Shown piece by piece: positions 12,926 to 23,930 of a stretch of DNA of 64,000 nt. A model generated the notes under the pieces. It saw only the letters and a program-made list of their open reading frames with translations, made no database searches and had not been told where the DNA came from. Origin of the DNA: Octopus vulgaris (taxonomy: Eukaryota); NCBI GenBank assembly GCA_951406725.2, contig OX597818.1:88102001-88166000 (forward strand). The letters are read 5' to 3'. The translations under genes were made by a program, and so were the position numbers. Numbering within the stretch: the first letter of the stretch is position 1; every line of letters begins with the position of its first letter.

Positions 12926-13235
12926 CACCTACACTACATATATTCTGCATCAGTAATGCGCAGCGTGACTCAAGTGGACCGCTAGTGATCCATATCAAAG
13001 TTTTGGTGGTCTACGGTGAGTTTCATAAAACCAATGAAGTCCCTATATATAAAAATTAAGTAAATTTACATTGTATAGTGTATCTGATTAATTTAGTCGT
13101 CAAAAATATATTTGTGTTGCATAATGCAGTTAAAATTTTTTTAACTGCAATAATTGATGTTTGGTGGTCCATTAATATTTTCTTGAGAATTTTGTGGAAA
13201 AGTTGTGCACCAGTGCTTCACACACACATACAAAT

Positions 13236-13392
13236 AGTCTGATGACGGGAAGTAAGCCGAAACTTTGAAGTCACAGTCAACCTTATTTCCTTGTAAAAAA
13301 ATATATATATAATATACATACGCACGCACAGTCTGATGACGGCAAGTAAGCCGAAACTTTGAAGGCACAATCAACCGTTTCCTTGTAAAAAA
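13236..13392 (+). ncRNA. Tandem pair of minimal hammerhead motifs (family H3), 94-bp spacing
   Basis: CUGAUGA-C-GG(G/C)AAGUAAGCC-GAAA-CUUUGAAG-(U/G)C at 13239 and 13333; near-palindromic stem III ACUU-UG-AAGU; stem I weakened; copy 2 has lost the GUC site. Confidence 0.65.
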
Positions 13393-14221
13393 ATACACAT
13401 GTACACACACACACACACACACATTCATGATATACACTTTGTTCTTTTATGCTGGGGTACCAATATTTTTGAGGGTGGGGTAGAATTTGCAGTGGTGCGC
13501 GAGAGAAAAATGACCATGTGGTTGTGAAACTGTGTGATTAATTAAATTTCGTCCATCGGATGAATTTCCGAACACCTCTGTTTGTACAGTTTAACTTTAA
13601 CCCTCAGGTCGCCTCAAGTCTTCTGATGTCTGAGATACTGCAAAGAGGAATCGAACCCGAGACCACGTTATTACAAAAAGAACTTCTGAAACATAGGTCC
13701 ATACTCATATCTCACATACAATGACATACGTATCTCACATACAATGACATACGTACAAGCAACAACAATGTCAACAACGAGAATGAAAAAGTAAAAAACA
13801 TAACACATAGTCGGTGAAAAATTATTGAAATATTTATGTATATCTATATACACTGTCATACGTTGAGCACCAATCTGTTGATGAATCACTTTATATGTCC
13901 TGGCTTCCGCCATATTTGATTTTGTGGCTTTACCATATATGGTAATATGAGATAATCGTATGAGGCCAGCCAATGGTGAGGGTGATATAGTTTGTTAATA
14001 TCTTCCATAAACACGTGTGTTTTAAGGTGGATAAACTTAACTGCATGCGAGTGTTGTATGTGTGTGTGTGTGTGCATGTGCACAATTGGATTATCTGTTT
14101 ATATATTATGTTCGTTACTGGCTTTCAATTTTTAGACTCCTGCCATGCTGGGGCAACGAATTCAAAGGTTAAGTAGATTATATCAACCTCACTACTTCGT
14201 ATTGTTGTACTTAGCGAATTG

Positions 14222-14608
14222 CAGAATGAGACGATTCGGTGCAGCTTTTTGGACGCTGGCAATTTGGCACGGCTAACTGAACATTCAGCCTGTTTTGGCG
14301 ACAGCACATTTTGGCGCTTGAAGCAAACACACGCGTGCACACACAAATCTACACATACAGATAATAAGAGTGAGAGAGAGAGAGAGATGGGGGAAGATAT
14401 TACAATTTATTAATTGAACACGTTTGGTCTTACCATTCTCCCTTTCCTCACACGCATAAAGAGAAATATGCCGACACACATAAGCAGCGGAAGAGAGACA
14501 GAGAGAAAGAAGGAAACAGTAAAACGTCTGATGTCAAATAAATCAGCATCGAATCAGCGATGCCAAATAAATCGCGCCAAAACGGCTTTACCAAAACGTC
14601 TCATATCC
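14222..14608. mobile_element. Old non-autonomous DNA element with imperfect TIRs
   Basis: Left atgagacgattcgg...ttttggcgc repeats mirrored on the right by gcgccaaaacgg...ccaaaacgtctcat. Confidence 0.35.
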
Positions 14609-14943
14609 AATGATTGGCCCCCTAAAGAAAGAAAGGCAAAGTTTATACTGGGTGGGATTTTAAATCAGAACATTAAGCAACGTTACCAAATATCGACAGA
14701 CATCTTGTTTGATGGTCCACCGACTCAGCCAGTCTTACACCCATGTGTCCATCGTATGGACTTATGCTTTGATACTTCTCCACATTTGTGTATTTATACA
14801 CTTCAGTATGTATATGTCCAAAATATATGATTTTAAAGACCCGACCCATGTATACACATGTACATATTTCTGAATGTATATCTAAAACTTGTACACATGT
14901 TAAATGTGTGTTTACATTTTATCATGGTTACATACCTCCAGAA

Positions 14944-14992
<49 letters not shown>

Positions 14993-15244
14993 TTCTACGA
15001 TCGCAAATGTACTTATATGCGTCTTCGATTGGCTTCATTTAGGAAAACCTGGGAAAAGCTTTTTGAACTTGAAGAATCTCTGTGCATGAGTGTATACGCA
15101 GGAAGATCTATAAAAGTGTGTATGTATTGGATCATTCATTAAAGTGTATATACAATACATTGGAACATTTTAAAATTCTGTGTACAGAGCAACGTCTATT
15201 AAAATATGTATAGATTCGAACATATTTAGAAGAGAGTATACATT

Positions 15245-15280
<36 letters not shown>

Positions 15281-15367
15281 CCAGCATACAACTTGAAAAT
15301 ATGTAAATATGTGTAGACATCATGGTTGTCTGTAAATTGAACTGAATATTTAAATGCTTGAGTACGT

Positions 15368-15596
15368 CTGGAAGTTTCGTAAATGCATGTGTAAACATCT
15401 GGAGTTTTGGTAAATACACCTGCGCAGACCTAAAATCTTTGTAAATGCATTTATACACCCGGAACTCTTGGAGACACGTGTAAACGCCTGGAACTATTGT
15501 AACTGCATGTATACAGCTGGAACTCTTGCAGATGCGTGTGTATACATGCTAAGTGTTTGTAGACACGTATAACATACAGTAAAACTGTTTGTATAC
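15368..15596. repeat. Degenerate minisatellite, about 27-32 bp unit
   Basis: About 8 units resembling ctggaactcttgtaaatgcatgtgtataca, just downstream of the CDS stop. Confidence 0.7.
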
Positions 15597-15721
15597 ATAT
15601 GAGGGTAACGTAAATATCGACACACAACAGTATATGTGTATATATTTATGTGTATACATGAACATGTATATATATATATATATGTGTGTGTGTTGTGTCT
15701 GTGTTATATAGTGACCAGGTG

Positions 15722-16753
15722 TTAAACCATAGCATAAGATAGCTGTCCGTTCATTTCTGATTGTTGGCTAGGACTATGTACAAGGGCGATAACTGTTTGT
15801 TGACTTTTCGCCTCCCTGGGGAGCGTTGGAGACAAACGTGCGTCTGTCCGCCACTGTGGATAAGGCAGAGGAGTGGATTGGGATGAAGGAATGGGCCGAG
15901 TGACTGGCATATTTTCCGAAATGTCTGCCAATGGACTCTGCGGTAGAGAACGGTGGTGGTGGTGATGGTGATGATGGTGATGATGGTGATGGTTTGAATG
16001 CGGACCTCTCCGTTCCTCTTGATGTACATTTTGTAGCGCTAGCGAATGGGGCTGCGGTTGCTGTTCGTCTGCAGCGATATTGGACGATGCCGATACAGAA
16101 GTTGGCAGTTTATTGCTATTATTGTTGTTGTTATTGTTCTTGTTATTATTATTATTGTTGTTGTTGTTATTGTTTGATGACGATGACGACGATGAAGATT
16201 GACCGAAACTTGATGTCCCAGCCCAAAATGACGGTCCACCTCGCGGTGAATCACTGGTATTTAGCGCCAGATTTCTCTGCGCATGTTGCATGTTCGCACT
16301 AACGGGTTTTAGTAATGGAATGTCCTGCGGAAAGCTGTGTTCAGACAACCTGTTCGGCAAGTAATGAGCTGATTTCGAACTTCGGAAGCCGGAATCTTCA
16401 GAATCAGTAGAAGCCTGAGAAACTGGTCTGTCGAATTTATAATGTATTTCATGCAGTTCTGACATACCACTGTCATGATAAGTAGAGTAAATTATGCGCG
16501 CTGGTAACCTATCGTCTCTCTGATCATTCGGGCGTGACCTATTATACTGAACTGGTGGCGGCGGAGGCAAGCCAGTTGGCGGTTTGGTCGAGCGTGAGTG
16601 ATTTTGGTTGACTCGGTGTGGATCGTGTTTTTTTTTAGTAAATTTTTCTCGTAGATTATACTTGAACCAGCAGACTAGAAATAAAATAAACAATAAAACC
16701 GTTATGGTGGTTGGCAGAACAATTCCCAACCAAAATAAATATGTGTAGGTCAT
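15722..16753 (-). CDS. Uncharacterised single-pass (type III-like) membrane protein, 343 aa
   Basis: The only long, mostly non-repetitive ORF. ATG has A at -3 and an in-frame TAA 8 codons upstream; hydrophobic helix about aa 6-30 followed by a basic cluster (REKFTKKK); Pro-rich, poly-S/N/H disordered tail with frame-preserving triplet repeats; DSGFRS motif; ends LSYAMV. Confidence 0.85.
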   Translation of the reverse strand: MTYTYLFWLGIVLPTTITVLLFILFLVCWFKYNLREKFTKKKHDPHRVNQNHSRSTKPPTGLPPPPPVQYNRSRPNDQRDDRLPARIIYSTYHDSGMSELHEIHYKFDRPVSQASTDSEDSGFRSSKSAHYLPNRLSEHSFPQDIPLLKPVSANMQHAQRNLALNTSDSPRGGPSFWAGTSSFGQSSSSSSSSNNNNNNNNNNNKNNNNNNNSNKLPTSVSASSNIAADEQQPQPHSLALQNVHQEERRGPHSNHHHHHHHHHHHHHRSLPQSPLADISENMPVTRPIPSSQSTPLPYPQWRTDARLSPTLPREAKSQQTVIALVHSPSQQSEMNGQLSYAMV

Positions 16754-17096
16754 CTTTGAAGGCGTATGACCGAAAGTCGGTTAGCGTGACGTAATAAAAT
16801 TGAAAGAAAGGGAGATTGAGAGAAAGCGGGAAGATGTCGTAATGGAAATCTACCAGCGGTGATTTTTGCAGTAGGAGCGATAATAATAATAATAATAATA
16901 ATAATAATAGTGATGATGGTGGCGGCAGTAATTGTAGCAGTGTAGCCAAAGTAATAGTGAAAACAGCGTTGTGATGTTGGTGTTGGTTAAAAATCAGGTG
17001 GTGACTACTGAGTCATTATTTCATTGGTTGAAAAATATTTCCGTTGTGTTTTTATTTTTTACGTCATGCCAGGCTCCGTGGTGAAGAAGAATTTAA

Positions 17097-17125
17097 CTGA
17101 AAAGAAAAGAAAAATAAATGAGAAA
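17097..17125 (-). promoter_or_regulatory. Splice acceptor (polypyrimidine tract + AG) for the exon holding the CDS
   Basis: Minus strand reads catttatttttcttttcttttcag|ttaaattc; implies about 340 nt of 5' UTR in this exon and an upstream exon that was not located. Confidence 0.7.
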
Positions 17126-17622
17126 AAAGTAATAAATACAATGAAAAAAGAAAAGAAATATTTCTATATTTTGTAGTGCGACATTACTGAAGAAATATGT
17201 TACTTCGTATAACAGATGAGAGATTTCTGGATAAATGAGTTTTACTTCCGGTTAATTAATATTTCGCTTTCTCATTAATGAGAAATAAAATGGCTTTAAA
17301 TGATAGCCGTCGCCATCTTACATTCCAGTTTTGTTTCAATGTTAAAGCAGTTAACACTGAAAGTGTGTGTGTCCACGTTAAGGTATTATAGAGCAGTTAG
17401 CACTGAAAATGTATGTGTATGTTAAGGTAATGATAACGAGTTTTAAAATGGGTGGTGGTAGTACAGGGTAAATATTTAATATGCGCTTAAGTAGTCAAGC
17501 TTTAATAATATTGTTTTCATTCGGCATATAACGGATTACTGACTGCCTACGAAGAGTGTGTGTATGTGTGTGTGTGCTTGCGCGCGCATGTGTGGGTGTG
17601 CAAATAATAAGCATTGTATATT

Positions 17623-17853
17623 TATTTTTCTATTGCCCCCAGGGGGCTAAACATAGAAGGGACAAACAAGGGCAGAAAAGGGGTTAAGTGGATTACATCG
17701 AACTCAGTACGTAACTGGTACTTATTTAATCGACTCCGAAAGGATAAAAGTCAAAGTCGACTCCGGCGGAATTTGAACTCAGAACATAACGGTAGACAAA
17801 ATACCGCTAAGCATTTTGCCCGGCGTGCTAACGATTCTGCCAGCTCGCCGCCT
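17623..17853 (-). mobile_element. SINE family B, full length with TSD
   Basis: Head ggcggcgagctggcagaa...gagttcaaattcc (A/B boxes); imperfect 18-bp TSD taa(t/c)aagc(a/t)ttgtatatt. Confidence 0.9.
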
Positions 17854-18301
17854 TAACAAGCTTTGTATATTACTGGTACTTAGTAAGTCAACAATAATGT
17901 AGTAGTAGCATCAATAGTAGCTGTTTTTGTTGTACCCATCAAAATGTAGGTTTTGCATTGGAGTAGCCTTCTCTTTGGTTAACTGGTTTACAGGATTGGA
18001 GAGCTGCACCTTCCCTTGGAGTTGTGGGAGGGAGTCAAAAAGAGCACCGGATGTCTGAGGGGGTCCATTCTTTGATTTGCTCCAGCACAGCCATAGTCCA
18101 ATGAACAAAAAAAATTGCGGTGCCTTTATTACCTGATTTAAAGCTAACGTAATCTCGTTTTTTTTTTTGGCGGGGGGTGGGTTGCAATACTTATTAAAGG
18201 AAGATTGAAATGTTAATGCGTAAAGATGTATAAAATTTCGATTGTACTCGAGTATAAGGTAATATTTTTAGCATGACCATGGGGTGCTTGAATATAAATA
18301 T

Positions 18302-18514
18302 CCTTTTCTACTCTAGGCACAAGGCCAGAAATTTTTGGGGAGAGGGGGCCAGTTGATTAGATCGACCTCAGTACACAACTGGTACTTAATTTAAGATGAA
18401 AGGATGAAAGGCAAAGTCGACCTCGGCGGAATTTGAACTCAGAACGTAACGGCAGACGAAATACCGCTAAGTATTTAGCCCGGCGTACTAACGTGTCTGC
18501 CAGCTTGCCGCCTT
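18302..18514 (-). mobile_element. SINE family B, alternative-tail subfamily
   Basis: Same head and body; tail ...ttctggccttgtgcctagagtagaaaag. Confidence 0.85.
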
Positions 18515-18854
18515 GTCTGAAAATGAATATCAAAAATATTTGAAGTCTTGAAAAGCGTCATCCAAGAAACCAACAAGGAAATGGTTGAAACTAAAAGAAT
18601 TGAAAATAAAAGTGAGAGACTTCTAAAAACTGGAACCGAAGTTAAGTGTTTAAAGCAGTAGTTCTCAAATACTACCCTCCCCTTTTTTAACCTGTGGAAC
18701 ATTTTGGTTTCTCTTTTACTCTACTGGACCCTCATCTCCATTCAATCTTTAAAAACCCCTATTATCCTTTAATAATTAAATATTATTAGGAACTGTATAA
18801 TATATATAAAAAAAAAATGTTAAGATAATTTGCAGAAGTATTCTGTTATTATTG

Positions 18855-19850
18855 TACTTGTTTCAGTCATTAGACTGCGACCATGTTGGGGCACTGCTTT
18901 GAATATTTTAGACTTATTTTTTCAAAGCCTGGTACTTATTTTATCGGTCTCAATTACAGAACAGCTAAGTTACGGGGACGTAAACACATAAACACCGGTT
19001 GTCAAGTGGTTGCAGGACAAACACAAACACACGCGCGCGCGCGGCTTCTTTCAGTTTCCGTCTACCAAATACGCTCACGGGGCTTTGGTCGGTCCGAGGC
19101 TATAGTAGAAGATACTTGCCCAAGATACTGCGCCGTGGGATTCAACTCGGTACCGTGTGGCTGGGAAGCAAAGCTTCTTGCTACACAGCCACGCATTCCT
19201 CATAAATTTTTAACAAAATGTTTTATGGAAGGCGTTTTATTTAAGAACACCTTTGTTTTTCATTCAACATGATAGCGACCTTAAGCATACAACTATGAAA
19301 ATCATATCATTTGGAAAGAAAAGGACGACCTGGAAAGATTGAAAGAACTGATGATGTGGCTCTTTCTTTCTCTCTTTCTCTCTCTCTCCCTCAAACCACA
19401 TATATGAACATTAACGAATATTTGTGGACCTGTGTAGATCAAAGAATGGCAACCAAAAATTCGTTATGTGTAGCTGTGTAGAAGTTTTCGTTTCAACTAT
19501 ATGGTTCTGGGTGCATGACGTCCGGGGAAAATGTCTTCCATTAGAGCTTCGAGCCGACCAATCTCTTGCGAGTGAATTTGGTAAATGAAGAGAGAGAAGC
19601 CCGTCGTATATGTATGTGTGTGCTTGTGTCCTTTTGTCTGTGTATACCACCACAGATTGACAACCAATGTTGGTTTGTTTACGTCCCCCGTAACTTAGCG
19701 GTTCGGCAAAAGAGACCGATAGCATAAGTACTAGACCTTAAAAAAAATAAATAAAAACACAAGTACTGGGGGGTGGGGCGGTTCGTTCTAGTAAAAACCC
19801 TTCAAGGCGGCGCTCCAGCATGGCCGAAGTGTAATGACAGAAAGAAATAG
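18855..19850. mobile_element. Two SINE family A copies in opposite orientation (18855-19195 minus, about 19470-19850 plus)
   Basis: Both match the family consensus. Confidence 0.8.
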
Positions 19851-20831
19851 AAGACCGAAGATAAAAAAAGTGCTTCATTATATTGCCAAATCACAGCGAA
19901 GCATTTTAAACAGAATTCAAACTTTTATCAGCAAAAGGCGGCCTTATTGGTAATTGCCAACACAATGAATTTTGAATCAGACATTTGTCAAGAGTGCACC
20001 TTAAATTGCCTAATGTGTATAAAATATTTAAATATAGTATAAGCTTTTATTAGCCTTTACGGAGTATTAAAGGGAATTGATAGATAGCTTTTACTTTTAC
20101 ATTGTAGTGTGTATGGGATTTTATAAGCGTTCTTTCCTTACAATTGTGCCTATGTGCTTCGAGTTACTGTTTTTCGGAAGAAATTATCGACTCTAATAAA
20201 ATGAAAGCTTTATATATTTTTCATTAGATGAGTGACAGAATGAAATTCTAATTGAAAAACAAAAAAGAAAAGAAAATGAAATTAAAATATTAAATAAGAA
20301 ATCAAAAAAAGAGAAAAGAAAATGAGGGAAAAGAGAAGACAAAAGAAGAAAAAATGCGTGTTACCAAGAGAATCGAGATTATGAGGGAAACGAGAGAGAG
20401 AGAGAGAGAGAGAAGATTGAGACGAGGGAAACAGAAAAAAGTAGAGAAATATAAGAGGATAAAGGATGACATTAAGCCACAAGGGAAACAAGATCACACG
20501 GAAGAAGTGTAAGGAAGGACAAAGAGAAATAGGGAGGAGAAAAAAAGCGAAAGGTGGAAGAACAAAATCTAAGGAAGAAAGAAATACACGAAGAAAAAAA
20601 TGAGAGGGAAAATTTGAATTATTAACACGGAAGGAAGAGAGTTGCCTTAAAATGGCTATTAAGATATTTGAAAATACTCAAAATGCGATGTCTATTAAAT
20701 TATTCCCCACATCGACTAAGTTAGTAAAAAAAAAAATGTGGTAATGTATTATGCAGATGCACACAATGAAATGAGTTTAAATACAATCTCAAAATTATAT
20801 AAAATAATACGTTATAACTTAATTTGGCTAT

Positions 20832-20906
20832 ATAGTGATTCCTCTACTATCGCGGGTGTTACGTTCCAAAATCTACCGCGAAAGGTAAAAATCCGCGAAG
20901 TAGAAA
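20832..20906 (+). mobile_element. pogo/Tigger-like transposon end fragment
   Basis: agtgattcctctactatcgcgggtgttacgttcc...ccgcga repeats resemble Tigger-type termini; no partner end found. Confidence 0.4.
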
Positions 20907-20913
20907 CAGTACT

Positions 20914-20948
<35 letters not shown>

Positions 20949-21129
20949 TTCTTTTTTACTTGTTTCGGCTATTTTACTGCGCCATGCTGGAGCACCTCCT
21001 TTAGTCTAGCAAATCGACCTCAGGACTTATTCTTTGGAAGCCTAGTACTTATTGTATCGGTCTCTTTTGCCGAACGGGTGTGCAAATAACAAACGGGTGT
21101 ATTAGTTTAACGCTCGGGAAGTGAGAAAG

Positions 21130-21167
21130 TATTTTACGTTTCGAGCCTATGCTCTTCGACAGAAAGG
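21130..21167 (-). ncRNA. Minimal hammerhead motif, CUGUCGA variant (family H1), in insert 21076-21195
   Basis: Minus: UUU-CUGUCGA-A-GAGC-AUAG-GCUC-GAAA-CG-UA-AAA. Confidence 0.65.
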
Positions 21168-21194
21168 AACACAGAAATAAACAGGGAGAGAAAA

Positions 21195-22342
21195 TAGGTC
21201 CGGAAAGTTCTGAGCGTTTTTATGCTAAATCTTTTAACGCTTCATTGAACACACCCTGAAACGTAAAACAGTTAAAACTTTGGCGTCGCTTGAAGTGGTA
21301 GTCCATTTCTTCTTTGTTCCTGAATGAAAATAGATTTATCTTTCATTCCGGCTACCCTTTATTGACATTTTGAATGGATAACCAAAAACTCCATATTCGC
21401 GTTGCAATGCTTTTCATCTTTTTTTAAATGCTGCAAAGACTTGCAAAAATGTTCTTGAAGTTTATTGTGATGATGCTGTAGATGAATCAACTGTTCGAAG
21501 GTGGTTTTACAAAATTTAAAGCTGTGGAGTTTCACGATGGGAGAACTTGCAAAGGAGCTGGAAGTTTCTTAAAGTACGGCTCACGAACACCTGATGAAAC
21601 TAGGATACATTTCTCACTATAATGTATGAGTTCTTCACAAGCTCTCGGAAAATAATTGCTTGGACCGGTATTCCGTTTGTGATATGCCTTTTTTGAAACA
21701 GCTTGTGACTGGAGATGAAAAATGGATTGTATACGAAAACATCGTGTGAAAAAGTTTGCGTAACAACTTTCTAAAGCAGTAGCCAAAGACGAATAGCCAT
21801 GTCAAAAAACCTATGCTTTATGTTTGATGCGATCATATTATTATGAGCTTCTTCCACAAAACGAGATCATTAATTCTGATGTGTACTGCCGTGAGCTGGC
21901 TAATTTGAACCAAAAAAAGTCAAAGAATTGAGGCCGGAGATTACCAACGCGAAAGAGTAAGTGTTGCATCAAGACAATGCCTGATCACACGTGTCTTTGG
22001 CTACCTGAACAAAGTTACATGACCTTGGCTGGGATCTTTTACCTCATCCACAATATTCTCCTGACATTGCACCATCCGACTACCTCTTGTTTTTGTCTCT
22101 ACAGAACTCATTGTAAGGAAAAACATCTAACGATTTAGATGGAGTCAAAATGCATCTAGATAATTTTTTCTTTAAAGCCACTCAAATTTTATGCTGATGG
22201 AATATTTCAATTGCTTGATAGATGGGCATAGGTCATTAATGATAATGGAAATCATTTCATTGAATAAAATTTATTGAAAGATCAATTATTTATTTCCCTT
22301 TTTGCTTATTAAAAAACTCTCAGAACACTCCGGACAACCTAA
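21195..22342 (+). mobile_element. Mariner (DD34D) transposon, decayed
   Basis: TIRs gtccggaaagttctgagcgtttt / aaaactctcagaacactccggac; pseudo-transposase 21374-22267 with VTGDEKWI, LHQDNA, PHPQYSPDIAPSDY. Confidence 0.92.
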
Positions 22343-22344
22343 TG

Positions 22345-23248
22345 TATTGGGTCATCTCATATATAATATGTTATTTTCAAATGCATGAACTAAACATCGG
22401 AGGGGGACGGTATAAACTACCTGCATCAACTTGCTATAAACGCAGGTAGTAATTTTACCTTGTGCTTATTCTTAGTTGAAGAGTGCAGTTCGATTTTAAC
22501 AGTTATTTTTAAAAAGTTATAATGGAGGTGACAAAGAAGCATATTCGGCATATTTTGCTTCATGAGTTCAATAAAGTCAACAACGCAACGGAAAGTGCGA
22601 AGATTATTAATGCAATATATGGGGATCGGACAATAAGCGTAAGCCAGTGTCAACGCTGGTTCTAGAAATTTTTAACCGATAACTACAGCCTAGAAGACAA
22701 GCCTCGTCCTGGAAGATTTGTAGAGCTCGAAGAGAGCGTCCTGCAAACCCTGGTGGAACAAAATCCCATCATAACTGTTGAGTAACTAGCAGAAAAGCTT
22801 GGATTTGGTCATTCAAGTCAGCACTAGAAGAAAAACAACCATTTTTGGTTTCAAGACGAAAGGTGCTCCACCATCAGGATAATGCTCGGCCACATTAGAG
22901 AGGCTGACATTCCAAAGATTGTAGTAGTTTGAATGGGAAACGATGCCCCACCCAACATATTCACCGGTCACTGCGCCATCTGATTATCATTTATTCCGTA
23001 GTCTTCAAAATCATTTGGACGAAAAAAATATGAATTCTGTAGACGAGGTCAGAATAATATTGAAGGAGTATTTTTCGTTACAGACAAAAAATTTTGGAAG
23101 AGCCTTGCACGTCTACCAGGTAGATGGAAGAGTATTGTAGAAAATGAAGGAGAACATATTTTAGATTAAAAAAGAGCTTTGTTTATCTTAATTTTGAAAG
23201 ATTAAAGAAGTATAAAAAAAACCGTATTGTTTATAGGGTGACCAAATA
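22345..23248 (+). mobile_element. Second mariner (DD34D) family, internally deleted
   Basis: TIRs tattgggtcatctcata / tatagggtgaccaaata; HQDNARPH and PHPTYSPVTAPSDYHLFRSLQ motifs; catalytic middle missing. Confidence 0.9.
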
Positions 23249-23271
23249 CACATACGCTCACACATATACTC

Positions 23272-23930
23272 TTTTATTCTTTCACTTGTTTCAGTCATCT
23301 GACTGCGGCCATTACAGAGCACCGCCTTTTGTCGAACAAATCGCCCACAGGGCCTATTCTGTCGGCCCCTTTTGCCGAACCGCTAGAATACGGGGACATA
23401 AATCCACCAACATCTGTTGTCAAGCGATGAAAGGAGGTCAAATACAGACACACACACAAATATGTATGTACATACACACACATGAGTGTATGTATTATAT
23501 ATTATATATATATTTTATTAAAAGGCCGCAAAAATAACACAAAAACTGTTACTCAGAGTTTCCCGTTCGTCTAACAGTTTTGTTTAGTATCTAAACGAAG
23601 CTGTCTGACGGATGGGAACGTGAAACTCTGAGTAACAGCTTTTGTGATGTTTTTGCTGCCTTTTAATAAAGCATATTATTTTACCTCTGGTATTCGAGTA
23701 CTTATATTTCCCACCTTGTTTCGTATTTATGTGTTTACTCTGTTACATACACACATATGTATATATACAACGGGCTTCTTTCAATTTCCATCTTCCAAAT
23801 CCACTCACAAGGCTTTGGTCGGCCCGAGACTATAACAGAAGACACTTGCCCAGGAACCACGCAGTGGCACTGAACCTGGGCCCATGTGGTTGGGAAGCAA
23901 GCTTCTTACCACACAGCCACTCTTGCGCCT
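23272..23930 (-). mobile_element. SINE family A copy interrupted by insert about 23510-23745
   Basis: 3' half at 23272-23460 and 5' half at 23765-23930 flank the insert. Confidence 0.85.
23598..23641 (+). ncRNA. Minimal hammerhead motif (family H2) with an inverted decayed copy upstream
   Basis: AAGCUGU-CUGACGG-AUG-GGAA-CGU-GAAA-CUCUGAG-UA-ACAGCUU: 7-bp stem I, near-palindromic stem III; A9 is G in this copy. Confidence 0.75.

Noticed and set aside
13708-13753. 23-bp direct duplication tatctcacatacaatgacatacg
   Set aside because: Ordinary local tandem duplication with no further structure.
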